64,000 bases of DNA from an uncultured bacterium. Its GTDB lineage: Bacteria > Auribacterota > Erginobacteria > Erginobacterales > Erginobacteraceae. The position numbers and the translations under genes were made by a program. A model generated the notes under the pieces. The model was not told where the DNA came from and ran no database searches. It saw nothing but the letters and a program-made list of their open reading frames with translations. The stretch spans positions 32,001-96,000 of the forward strand of contig CAWGIE010000035.1 in assembly GCA_963822585.1 (NCBI GenBank), written 5' to 3'. Positions within the stretch are counted from its first letter, which is position 1; each line of letters starts with the position of its first letter. This document shows, one piece after another, positions 29,579 through 38,223 of this stretch.

Positions 29579-30400
29579 TTACGCCGCCAGAGCGTGTACC
29601 TGTTCCGGTGTTTTATAGTTCAAAGATGTATGGGGGCGCCGGGTATTATACAAATCAATTGCTTCATCCACCGCCCGCCGTGCCTGTTCTTTGCTCTGTA
29701 ATGTGCCTCCCAACCAATATTCCTGTTTGAGGATTCCGTTCACCCGCTCTGCCAGCGCATTCTCATAACAACGATTTTCCTCGGTCATGCTGACTTCAAA
29801 CCCATGCTCTTGGAGCTTTTTTACATACATATGGGAACAATACTGGCATCCACGATCAGAATGGTGAATGATACGCGCGTTCTTCGGTTTGCTCTCCAAT
29901 GCCTTATCCAGTGCTCTCAGACACTCTTCTGTTGCCAGGGTTTCTCCTACATGATATCCGACTATCTTGCGCGAATACTTATCCGTAATCAGACTCAGGT
30001 ACACAAATCCCTCATGTGTTCGAATGTAGGTGATGTCGCTTACCCATACCTGATTGGGCCGTATGACCTCAAGCTCCTTAATGATGTTTCTAAATACCGG
30101 TAGACTATGCCTGCTGTTCGTCGTCTTTGGAGCCGGGGGGAGAGACTCCAGTAGTAACTCCTTTGTTCTCAGCGCCTCAAAGAACCGGTCCCTGCCAATC
30201 GATACCCCCGCATCCTCCAGCTCAGGCTTCAACATGAAATATAACTTCCGACCTCCCAGTCTCGGTTGTGCGGCCCGCTCAGATCGAACCAGCTCTTCCA
30301 CCAGCCCTTCATCTATTGCTTGTCTACGTCTCCTTCTATGCGCCTTGTAATAGTTCTGCCGGCTCATCCCGGTTTTCCGGCATAACAACCCTATGCTCAC
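29579..30400 (-). CDS. IS3 transposase OrfB (DDE/rve)
   Basis: W.SDITY, D.YSR.IVG, HHSDRG.QY, ENA.AER.NG.LK.E, YN..RPH.SL. Confidence 0.95.
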   Translation of the reverse strand: MSIGLLCRKTGMSRQNYYKAHRRRRRQAIDEGLVEELVRSERAAQPRLGGRKLYFMLKPELEDAGVSIGRDRFFEALRTKELLLESLPPAPKTTNSRHSLPVFRNIIKELEVIRPNQVWVSDITYIRTHEGFVYLSLITDKYSRKIVGYHVGETLATEECLRALDKALESKPKNARIIHHSDRGCQYCSHMYVKKLQEHGFEVSMTEENRCYENALAERVNGILKQEYWLGGTLQSKEQARRAVDEAIDLYNTRRPHTSLNYKTPEQVHALAA

Positions 30401-30798
30401 CCTTGCAGCAGGTTTCGCCTCATCCGTACGTCTGACAGCGTCAATGCGTTCTTTTTTTTAAAGTCCTCCAGGCTGACCCCCATTCGCTCACAAGCTATCT
30501 CCAGAAATGAATGTTCCAGACAACAATCAATGTGAGCATCTGCTAACGCTGTCTCCAGCTTCTTAATCCGCTTGCGCGCTTCCTTAATCTCGTCTCGTTC
30601 TTTCAAGCTCTCTACCCTCAGTATCTTTGGCAGTAGATCTTCTCTCCCATATTTGCGTATCCATCTTTCCACCGTCCCGGCTCCCGTTATCCGGTAGGTC
30701 TTCCGGGCGCTAAAGGGAGAAGCATGTTTTCCCCTCTCTATCTCATCCACAACCTGGCGTTTAAAGGCCTCGCTGTATCTTATCACCGTCTGTCCCAT
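30397..30798 (-). CDS. IS3 transposase OrfA (HTH)
   Basis: RYSEAFKRQVV, TV.RW.RKYG; A-AAA-AAG slippery site near the 3' end. Confidence 0.92.
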   Translation of the reverse strand: MGQTVIRYSEAFKRQVVDEIERGKHASPFSARKTYRITGAGTVERWIRKYGREDLLPKILRVESLKERDEIKEARKRIKKLETALADAHIDCCLEHSFLEIACERMGVSLEDFKKKNALTLSDVRMRRNLLQG

Positions 30799-30846
30799 AG
30801 CATCTTCCTCCTTATGCTATGTGACAACCTATATCAGGACGGCACA

Positions 30847-31025
30847 TCGACGTTGGATGTTGAACGTTCGATGTTCGACATTCAGTTTTTATTTCCCCTC
30901 GCCGCGCCCCCGGTAAAAAGCAAATATCGAATATCGAATAATGAATATCGAACTTCGAAGGCTTGCTTCTGCTCTTTGACTTCGATATTCGGCGTTCGAT
31001 ATTCTGCGGTTCGTTATTCGCTTTT
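30847..31025. repeat. AACGTTCG repeat arm and AATATCG inverted repeat element
   Basis: tcgacgttggatgttgaacgttcgatgttcgac; aaagcaaatatcgaatatcgaataatgaatatcgaac ... cttcgatattcggcgttcgatattc; AATATCG family also at 42833-42916. Confidence 0.8.
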
Positions 31026-31289
31026 CCTTCCGCCGCACCCCCTTATTGAACCGCAACCCCAAAAAGTGCTTCGCGCTCTCGGGTCAAGAATACGCAAAGA
31101 ACGCAGAGAAAGTAAATGAGTAAAAGACCCCCATCACCTTGAGTGAGGGGTGAATCAGTTCAACAGCTACAGAAGCCACAGATCCCTCGATCTCGTGCCG
31201 TGGGTGAATTAATTTGTAGGCCATATCAACAGCACGAGGTTGATTTTCCTTTCTCCGTCCCCGCCGGGAACACGGACCTCGTTATATAC

Positions 31290-31325
31290 CGGACAAGTTA
31301 TGATCGATCGATCATAACTTGTCCG
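31290..31325. repeat. Perfect 36-bp palindrome without loop
   Basis: cggacaagttatgatcga|tcgatcataacttgtccg. Confidence 0.9.
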
Positions 31326-31436
31326 AAATTTTTTACCGGCGGATAATACTTGAGGGAAATCGGCTGAAACTATGCAATCAGGCGAGAAGTAAGGAGGCTG
31401 ACAAACATATTCTCAAATCGAGAAGAAAGATTTGTT

Positions 31437-33434
31437 TTATCTCGCTACCGGCACGTCGCCCGTTGTTCCGAAGTAGACCCGGGTTACGTCTTTGACGGCC
31501 CAGAGGCCGGTCGCGGGGCGGAAGATCCCGATATCATCGGCCCCGCTGCCCCGGTAATCGGCCGTGACGGCCTGATCGGATGACGACCCGAAGTAGGTCC
31601 GGGTCAGGTCCTGTATTGCCCAGAGGCCTGTTGACGCACGGAAGAGGCCGATATCCCAGGCTCCGCCTCCGGAGTAGTTTCCCGATCTGGGGATATCGCC
31701 GCTGGTCCCGAAATAGGTCCTGGTCAGGTCACGAACGGCCCAGAGGCCGGATGAGGGGCTGAAGAGGGCGATCTCGTCGATCGCTTCTCCGCTATACCAC
31801 CCCGGCGCGGGGATATCTCCGTTTACGCCGAAATAGACGCGCGTTATGCCCTTGACCGCCCAGAGGCCGGAAGCCTTCCGGAAGATTCCCAGATCGGTAA
31901 TTCCGTCCCCGTTATAGTCTCCGGGCTGAGGATCATCGGTTGAAACGCCGAAATAGTCCCGGAGCACGCCCTTGACGGCCCAGAGGCCGGTCGCGGCGCG
32001 GAATATCCCGATCTCGGTCGTCCCGTCGCCGTTGTAATCGCCGGGGACAGGAGCGTCCCCGGAGCCGCCAAAGTACGCCCGGGTTATTCCCCGGATCGCC
32101 CAGAGCCCGGTGCTCCCCCGGAAGACGCCGATGTCGGAGGTCCCGTCGCCGTTATAGTCATAGGTCCAGGGCTGGCGGCCGGCGCCGGATAAAGGCAGCA
32201 GGGTGATGGTAAAAGTGTCCCCTTCATTGACAAAGATCGAGGTGTTGTAACCGTAGCCGTCGTCGTAAGAGAGGGCGTAACAGTCGTGGTTGATGGCGTA
32301 TTTATGGAGGATCTTTCCGTAGTAGTTGACCGGCGAATCGGGGGTGTTGGTCCCCTGGTAGAAGTAGTTCGGGTTATCCCAGTCCGACCCGGCCCGGTGC
32401 ATCACCCCCCGCTGGATGGCGCTGTTGACGATCGGGGCCAAAATCCCGGTGGTGAACTCCCCGGCGCCCCCGAAGATGATGTGGGCCCAGTTGTCGCCTA
32501 TGTTGGAACCGGTCGGGGGCGGGTCCGGAAGCGAGGTCCAGGCCGGCCGGGTGAAGGTCCCTCCCCCATTGTCCCACGTGAGCGAGTCTCCGGCGGCGTT
32601 CACGGTCCCGGTGTAGGTGGTGGCGTTGTAGTTCAGCGTGATCGTCCGGTTGGGAACCCAGCATTCGTTCTTGACGTAGTCGTTCCAGAAGTAGCTGAAG
32701 CGCTTGAAGTTGCCGTTCCAGTCGCCGCTCTGGGGGTCGGGGAGAGCTTCGGAGGGCGTGGCCACCTTGTCGGGAGCGATCACCCGCCAAGTGGTGCCGG
32801 CGCTGTGCTGGACCAGGTTGTCTATGAAGATGGCGGTGTTGCCGAACTCCTGCGCTCCCGGCGTCGACGGGACCCCCGTAAAGGCGCTGAAGATCGCTTC
32901 CCGGCTGACCTGGAAGCCGTAGGTGACCTTCTTGCCGGTGTTTTTGTCGACGGCCGAGAAGGTTGAAGGCAGGCTGAAGAAGTCCACGTTGGTGTTGTTC
33001 ATGTTCAGCTGTCCGGGGACGTTGGTGGTGAATTCCATCTTGTCGTAGAGGAGCCGGTCATCCGGCCCTAAGCCGGGCTGGCTGTTGACGGAATCGAAGG
33101 TAAGAACGTTGAAGTCGGCTCCGTAGGAGAAGTAGATCCTCCCTTCCCCGATCGGCGGGATGGGAACGGTCACATTCCCGCTGCCCCCGATCTCCTGCAG
33201 CGTGGCGGTCATCTGGGTAACATCACTGACCCGGGGCACCACATAGGAATGGGTAGTGAAATCGAGGTAGCCGTGGGTGGCGCCGTCGTCTCCGGTCACG
33301 TAGAGATAGACCTGGTCGTTGCCGTACCCGGATTTATTGACGAAGGTGACGTTGATGGTGGTCTCGCCCGCGAGCCGCCCCACTCCGATAGATAAAAATA
33401 AAAGACATAAACAGGCCAGGGCCGCTTTTCTCAC
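31437..33434 (-). CDS. Secreted GH64-like beta-1,3-glucanase with C-terminal DYNGDG repeat module
   Basis: Signal peptide; GRIYFS, YDKMEFT, NNTNVDFF.LP, NYY.KILH, YALSYDD; six ~39-aa repeats ending DVPVAR; AGGAGG RBS with GTG. Confidence 0.8.
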   Translation of the reverse strand: MRKAALACLCLLFLSIGVGRLAGETTINVTFVNKSGYGNDQVYLYVTGDDGATHGYLDFTTHSYVVPRVSDVTQMTATLQEIGGSGNVTVPIPPIGEGRIYFSYGADFNVLTFDSVNSQPGLGPDDRLLYDKMEFTTNVPGQLNMNNTNVDFFSLPSTFSAVDKNTGKKVTYGFQVSREAIFSAFTGVPSTPGAQEFGNTAIFIDNLVQHSAGTTWRVIAPDKVATPSEALPDPQSGDWNGNFKRFSYFWNDYVKNECWVPNRTITLNYNATTYTGTVNAAGDSLTWDNGGGTFTRPAWTSLPDPPPTGSNIGDNWAHIIFGGAGEFTTGILAPIVNSAIQRGVMHRAGSDWDNPNYFYQGTNTPDSPVNYYGKILHKYAINHDCYALSYDDGYGYNTSIFVNEGDTFTITLLPLSGAGRQPWTYDYNGDGTSDIGVFRGSTGLWAIRGITRAYFGGSGDAPVPGDYNGDGTTEIGIFRAATGLWAVKGVLRDYFGVSTDDPQPGDYNGDGITDLGIFRKASGLWAVKGITRVYFGVNGDIPAPGWYSGEAIDEIALFSPSSGLWAVRDLTRTYFGTSGDIPRSGNYSGGGAWDIGLFRASTGLWAIQDLTRTYFGSSSDQAVTADYRGSGADDIGIFRPATGLWAVKDVTRVYFGTTGDVPVAR

Positions 33435-33628
33435 ATTCTCCTCCTTTAACCCGATTTATTTATACATCAGGTTAGTTTGGAACAATACCGGAGTTGGTAT
33501 AGATAACAATGATATAAGACGTAGTCATAATGACATTGATGATTATACGGGAAATAAAAAGCAACCGCAATAGGATTAAGGTCGCGGCTGCCGGTAAAAG
33601 ATTATTACTGAACTTCGAACGGGAAATC

Positions 33629-33907
33629 CGCAGAGAGCATAGCGCAGGGAGCAGAGCGCCCAGAAAAGCCGGTGCAGCAGCGCGAAAGGATAATTGCTGA
33701 ACGTCGAACGCTCAACGCTCAACCCTGCGAAGCAGGGCAAGCTTTCAATTTATCCGCCGGCGGACGTCCAGCGAACTGGACCACAGCAACAACAATAATC
33801 AGCTTAATCCGCGTAATCCGCGGTTTCAAAGAGGGGCGAGGTAGGGGGAAACAATCACTTCCCATCACATTCAATCGTCTGTTTCTTTTCAGGGGGCGAG
33901 GCGGGGG
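33629..33907. repeat. Repeat mosaic ending in a GGGGCGAGG-bounded ATCACATTCAATCGTCTGTT element
   Basis: gcagagagcatagcgcagggagcagagcg, aacgtcgaacgctcaacgctcaac, and the element at 33833-33907. Confidence 0.75.
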
Positions 33908-33908
33908 A

Positions 33909-34871
33909 TTAGTTAACCTGATTGGGGGCCGTCTCCCCCCGCATCATGGCGACCAGGTTTTCGGCCGCCATAATCGCCATCCTGGTCCGGGTTTCGACGG
34001 TGGCGGACCCGATGTGAGGGAGCAGGACCACGCTCTGCAGGGAGAGAAGGCTGGGATGAAGGTGGGGTTCTTTCTCGTAAACGTCCAGTCCGGCGCCCGC
34101 GATCATCCCCTCCTGGAGTGCTTCCACCAGGGCTTCTTCATCTACCAGAGGACCCCGGGAGGTGTTGATCAGGTAAGCCGTTTTCTTCATCCGGGCCAGC
34201 TCCCGCCGGCCGATCAGTTTTCTGGTGGCCTCGCTCAGGGGTACATGGAGGGTGATGAAATCGGCCTCTTTGAGTAAGGTCTCGAAATCGACCTGTCGGG
34301 CCCCGGTTTCCTTCTCAAAAGCCTTGTTCCTCTCGGGATCGGTATAAATGATGGATAAACCGAAACCGCACCCCCGCCGGGCGACCGCGGTCCCGATCCT
34401 CCCCGCCCCCACGATGCCCAGGGTCTTGCCCTGCAGATCGGCGCCCAGAAAGAGCATCGGGCCCCAGCCGGTGAATTCGCCCGCGCGGAGGAACCGGGTC
34501 GCCTCCGGGAGGCGCCGGACGGTGGCCAGCAGGAGCGCCCAGGCCAGGTCGGCGGTGGCGTCGGTGAGAACATCCGGTGTGTTGCTGACCGGGATGCCTT
34601 TCTCGGCCGCCGCCGCGATGTCGATATTGTCGTAGCCGACCGCCATGGTGGCGATCCCCTTCAGGCCGGGGGTCCGTTCGAGAAAGTCGCGATCGATGGT
34701 GTCGTTCAGGAGGCAGAGCAGGCCGTCTTTTCCCCGGCAGCGCGCTTCCAGTTCGTCCCCCATCAGGATCCGGTCTTCGGGGTTGACCTCGACCTCGAAA
34801 CCCGCCTGCTCGAGGATATCGATGCCCGGCTGGGGTATCTTCCGGCTTACAAAAACGGTTGTTTTCATCAT
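33909..34871 (-). CDS. D-glycerate dehydrogenase / glyoxylate reductase (2-hydroxyacid dehydrogenase)
   Basis: AVGYDNID, NTPDVLT, GIVGAGRIG, NTSRG, AGLDVYE.EP, PHIGSAT. Confidence 0.93.
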   Translation of the reverse strand: MMKTTVFVSRKIPQPGIDILEQAGFEVEVNPEDRILMGDELEARCRGKDGLLCLLNDTIDRDFLERTPGLKGIATMAVGYDNIDIAAAAEKGIPVSNTPDVLTDATADLAWALLLATVRRLPEATRFLRAGEFTGWGPMLFLGADLQGKTLGIVGAGRIGTAVARRGCGFGLSIIYTDPERNKAFEKETGARQVDFETLLKEADFITLHVPLSEATRKLIGRRELARMKKTAYLINTSRGPLVDEEALVEALQEGMIAGAGLDVYEKEPHLHPSLLSLQSVVLLPHIGSATVETRTRMAIMAAENLVAMMRGETAPNQVN

Positions 34872-35248
34872 ATCCTGGGTTTATAGTTATACTGGAATTT
34901 AGCTTCGCAACTTATTGAACCGCGAATCTCGCTAATCTTCGCTAATTCAAAAAATATAAACTACGAATTTCGCAAATTACACGAAGTATTTTTAAATATT
35001 CCAACAATATTGATTCAATGTTTGTACATTCATATTTTCCCCCCTGTCCCGAAGTATTAATCGGGGGGGAAAATAAGAATATAGTCCCGAGGGCCATCGG
35101 GGAAATTCCAAAACAGGAATATAGTATAGCATATCGGCTTCCGGGAAAGGGCATATTATTTGTTTAAGGGATAAAACAGTATATCTTTTCGGTCCCGATC
35201 AGCCCGCGCTGCATGCGTTATTAACTCCGAGCCGAGACAGGAGCAAGC

Positions 35249-36562
35249 GTGAGCCCCGTCGCGAAATTTATTGATTTTTTTACCCGGGACATCTGGGCGA
35301 TGGAAATCTCCACCCTTTCCGGCGTCCGTCGCCTGGTGGTGCGCCTGCTCAAGGTCATCTATATGGTGATCCGCGGCTTCCTGAAGGACAGCTGTCCTCT
35401 CCGCGCGTCCGCTCTCACCTACGCGTCGCTCCTCTCGGTGGTGCCCCTCCTGGCCTTCGCCTTCGCGCTCGCCCGCGCCTTCGGCCTCGATATCAGTCCC
35501 CTGAAAAAATTCCTGGTCGAGAACGTTACCCTGGGGAACGAGGAGATCGCCGGCCGGCTCTTCACGTTCGTCGACAACATCCGGGCCGGCACCCTGGGGC
35601 CGCCCGCCCTGGCGCTTTTGATCGTGACCATCATCTCCGTGATGGGGAACATCGAATTCTCCTTCAACCACATCTGGGGCGTGCGGCGGTCCCGCACGAT
35701 CTGGCGGAAGTTCACCGATTACCTGAGCGTGCTCCTGGTCGTCCCGATCTTGGTCGCGGCCGGCGTCGCGATCGGAGGCGTGCTCCGGTCAAACGAGATG
35801 GTCCAGTCCGTTCTTCATTTCCACGTCCTCCAGGCCGTTTTCTGGGAGATGATGAACCGCCTCCTCATCTGCCTGGGATTTTCTTTTCTCTATATCTTCA
35901 TGCCCAACACCCGGGTAAAAATAGTGCCCGCGCTGGTCGGGGGGTTGCTCGCCGGCCTGACCTGGCAGGCCGCCCTCTGGGGATACATCACCTTCCAACT
36001 CGGCTTTGTCAAGTACGCCAGCATCTACGGCGCCCTGGCTTCGATCCCGATCAACCTGGTCTGGGTATACATCAGCTGGAACATCGTTCTTCTGGGGGCC
36101 GAGATCTCGTTCGCGGTACAGAACGTGCAGACGTTCTACGGTGAGGAAGCAGCTCTCTCCCGGAGCTGGAATTACCAGGAATTGGTCGCCCTCAACCTTC
36201 TGGTCCGGATCGGGACCCGGTTTTTAAAAGGCGAGCCCCCCGTCGCCGCCGCGTCCCTGGCCGGCGATTTCGATGTCCCGGTCCGCCTGGTCAACCAGTC
36301 CCTGCAGCAGATGGCGGACGGAGGGCTGCTCAGCGAAATCGCGGGGGAGGAACGGCATTACCAGCCCGCCCGCGACTTGAGCACGATGACATTGAAGTCC
36401 GTCGTTCATGCCCTGCGCAGCTCCGGCGGCCCGGCCGTTATCCCTCCCCCGCTGAAGACGTCGCCGGCGGTTCTCCGGATCGAGGATATCCTCAAGCATT
36501 CGCTGGAAGAGCCCGGCGGCACCCTGACCATGGCCGATCTCCTCTCCCGGGATAACACCTGA
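35249..36562 (+). CDS. YihY/BrkB-family inner-membrane protein with C-terminal Rrf2-like HTH
   Basis: ASALTY.SLLS.VP, IE..FN.IW, YGALASIP, W.I.L.GAE, Y.PARD. Confidence 0.9.
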   Translation: MSPVAKFIDFFTRDIWAMEISTLSGVRRLVVRLLKVIYMVIRGFLKDSCPLRASALTYASLLSVVPLLAFAFALARAFGLDISPLKKFLVENVTLGNEEIAGRLFTFVDNIRAGTLGPPALALLIVTIISVMGNIEFSFNHIWGVRRSRTIWRKFTDYLSVLLVVPILVAAGVAIGGVLRSNEMVQSVLHFHVLQAVFWEMMNRLLICLGFSFLYIFMPNTRVKIVPALVGGLLAGLTWQAALWGYITFQLGFVKYASIYGALASIPINLVWVYISWNIVLLGAEISFAVQNVQTFYGEEAALSRSWNYQELVALNLLVRIGTRFLKGEPPVAAASLAGDFDVPVRLVNQSLQQMADGGLLSEIAGEERHYQPARDLSTMTLKSVVHALRSSGGPAVIPPPLKTSPAVLRIEDILKHSLEEPGGTLTMADLLSRDNT

Positions 36563-36563
36563 T

Positions 36564-36777
36564 CCTCGCATCGCCCCCTTTAAAAGAACAGACGATTGAA
36601 TGTGATTGAATCGGATTGTCCCCCCGACCTCGCACCCGTAATGAGTAGCCAATTTCCAACGGCTATTTTTCAATGTTCAAATAGCCCAGCCGATATATTT
36701 GATTATTGGTTATTGGACATTGGTCATTGGTGATTAACCCCAACCGTGCCCCCTTTTTAAGCACAGAGGCACAGAGC
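36564..36777. repeat. AACAGACGATTGAATGTGAT element plus ATTGGTC and GCACAGAG repeats
   Basis: Element begins right after the YihY stop; attggttattggacattggtcattgg; gcacagaggcacagag. Confidence 0.75.
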
Positions 36778-36889
36778 AGATGTCCTCCTCGCCCCATCCC
36801 CTTTGAAAAACCGGAAGGGGATAACAGTTTAAGAGAGGAGTTTTGTGTGGAATTATCGAAGAGTATTACCGGAGGGATATGATTTGACA

Positions 36890-36936
36890 TAATTTTTCTT
36901 TCGTCCCGCACTTCGTGCGGGACGAAAGAAAAATTA
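36890..36936. terminator. 22-bp perfect hairpin with TTC/GAA loop at the DUF362 gene stop
   Basis: taatttttctttcgtcccgcac-ttc-gtgcgggacgaaagaaaaatta. Confidence 0.65.
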
Positions 36937-38073
36937 AACGAAGATCCGTTGGAAGAGGGGCTTGACCAGGTCGATGCCGTGATGGACGCAGGTCTCGTGG
37001 CAGCAGTAGCAGCGGATACAGCAGGCGAGATGAATCTCCGCCTTTCCGTCGGTCAGGCTGATGGTCTTAACCGGACAGACACGGACGCAGTCCCCACAGC
37101 CGACGCAGTTCTTCCTGATGATCCGGGGACGGGTGCTGAGGAGGTATTTGGCGATCGGCATGAAGGGTTTGGTCCAGGCCGGGAACGCCGCCGCCCGTCC
37201 GGGCGGTGTCCGGAACCCTTTCTGGACCACCGAGGCGAGATCCTCTCCCCGGACCTCGATTCCGGAGAGGTCGGCGTTGAGCAGGCCCCTCTCCACGCAC
37301 AGACGGGTGGTGGAGATGGAGAGCGGGTCGATCCCCATGATCCGGGAGAGGACCACGTCCACCTCCGCCGGGCTCTCGCCGGCCACGATCAAACCCATGT
37401 CACGCCGGTCCCCGGCCCCCGGCCCCGGTCCCTCCATCCCCCAGATCCCGTCGGTGATGGTGAGAGCGGGGGCGGCAAACTCCGCCAGATCGACCAGCAT
37501 CGAGGAGAAGTCGTTGACATCGGGGAAGCGGGCGTGGTAGGCCGGCTTGATCAGTCCCGGCACCAGCCCGAAGAGGTTCTTGACCGCCCCGGTCAGGCGG
37601 GTGAAGCTGTGGGTCTTGAACTTGGGCAGGTTGATGATGACGTCGGCGTCGAGAGCGGGCTGGATGATCTCGCTTTTCTTAATGATCCTCCCGCGCGGCA
37701 GGTCCGTGATTCGATGCCCGGTATCGAGGGCCAGTTCCGCCCCGGTCTCATCCGCCGCCCGGTCCATCCCGCAGGCCCGGTAGAGCTTGACCAGGGTGTT
37801 GCGGGTATGGGTGGCGGCCGCCCCCGGGCTGTCTCCAATTACGGCCTTGCCCCCGGCCCGCTTGACCAGAATCGAGACCGCCCTAACCAGGGCCGGGTGG
37901 GTGGTAACCACCTCCTCCGGCCGCGCCTTTCTCAGGAGGTTCGGCTTCAGCAGTACCGTCTGCCCCGGCCGCACGAACTTCTCTATCCCTCCGAGGGGTG
38001 CCAGGGCCCGCTCCAGCGCCTGTTCCAGGGCTTTATCGTAATAGCCGTCGCATTGTTCTATGGTCACGATCAT
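36934..38073 (-). CDS. DUF362-domain protein with C-terminal 2[4Fe-4S] ferredoxin
   Basis: VLLKPNL, TTHP, IGDSPG, INLPK.KTH, TGAVKN.FG, MEG.GP; CxxCxxCxxxCP and CIRCYCCHE.C. Confidence 0.92.
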   Translation of the reverse strand: MIVTIEQCDGYYDKALEQALERALAPLGGIEKFVRPGQTVLLKPNLLRKARPEEVVTTHPALVRAVSILVKRAGGKAVIGDSPGAAATHTRNTLVKLYRACGMDRAADETGAELALDTGHRITDLPRGRIIKKSEIIQPALDADVIINLPKFKTHSFTRLTGAVKNLFGLVPGLIKPAYHARFPDVNDFSSMLVDLAEFAAPALTITDGIWGMEGPGPGAGDRRDMGLIVAGESPAEVDVVLSRIMGIDPLSISTTRLCVERGLLNADLSGIEVRGEDLASVVQKGFRTPPGRAAAFPAWTKPFMPIAKYLLSTRPRIIRKNCVGCGDCVRVCPVKTISLTDGKAEIHLACCIRCYCCHETCVHHGIDLVKPLFQRIFV

Positions 38074-38223
38074 ACAAGTAAGTATTACCACGAAGGACAC
38101 GAAGGTCACGAAGAAAAATTATCATTTTTTGCTCTTTTCATGTATACTCACCAATATCTGCACATTTGAGTGGAACTGCATTGCTCATCAGGCGAAAGAA
38201 TATCATACGGCCGGAGGCAAGAT

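Larger units (their letters stand above)
29477..30846 (-). mobile_element. IS3-family insertion sequence, 1370 bp
   Basis: Imperfect terminal IRs tgtcacgtcctgat..gttgtcac / gtgacaac..atcaggacggcaca with TG...CA ends; orfA/orfB organisation; lower GC than flanks. Confidence 0.93.
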
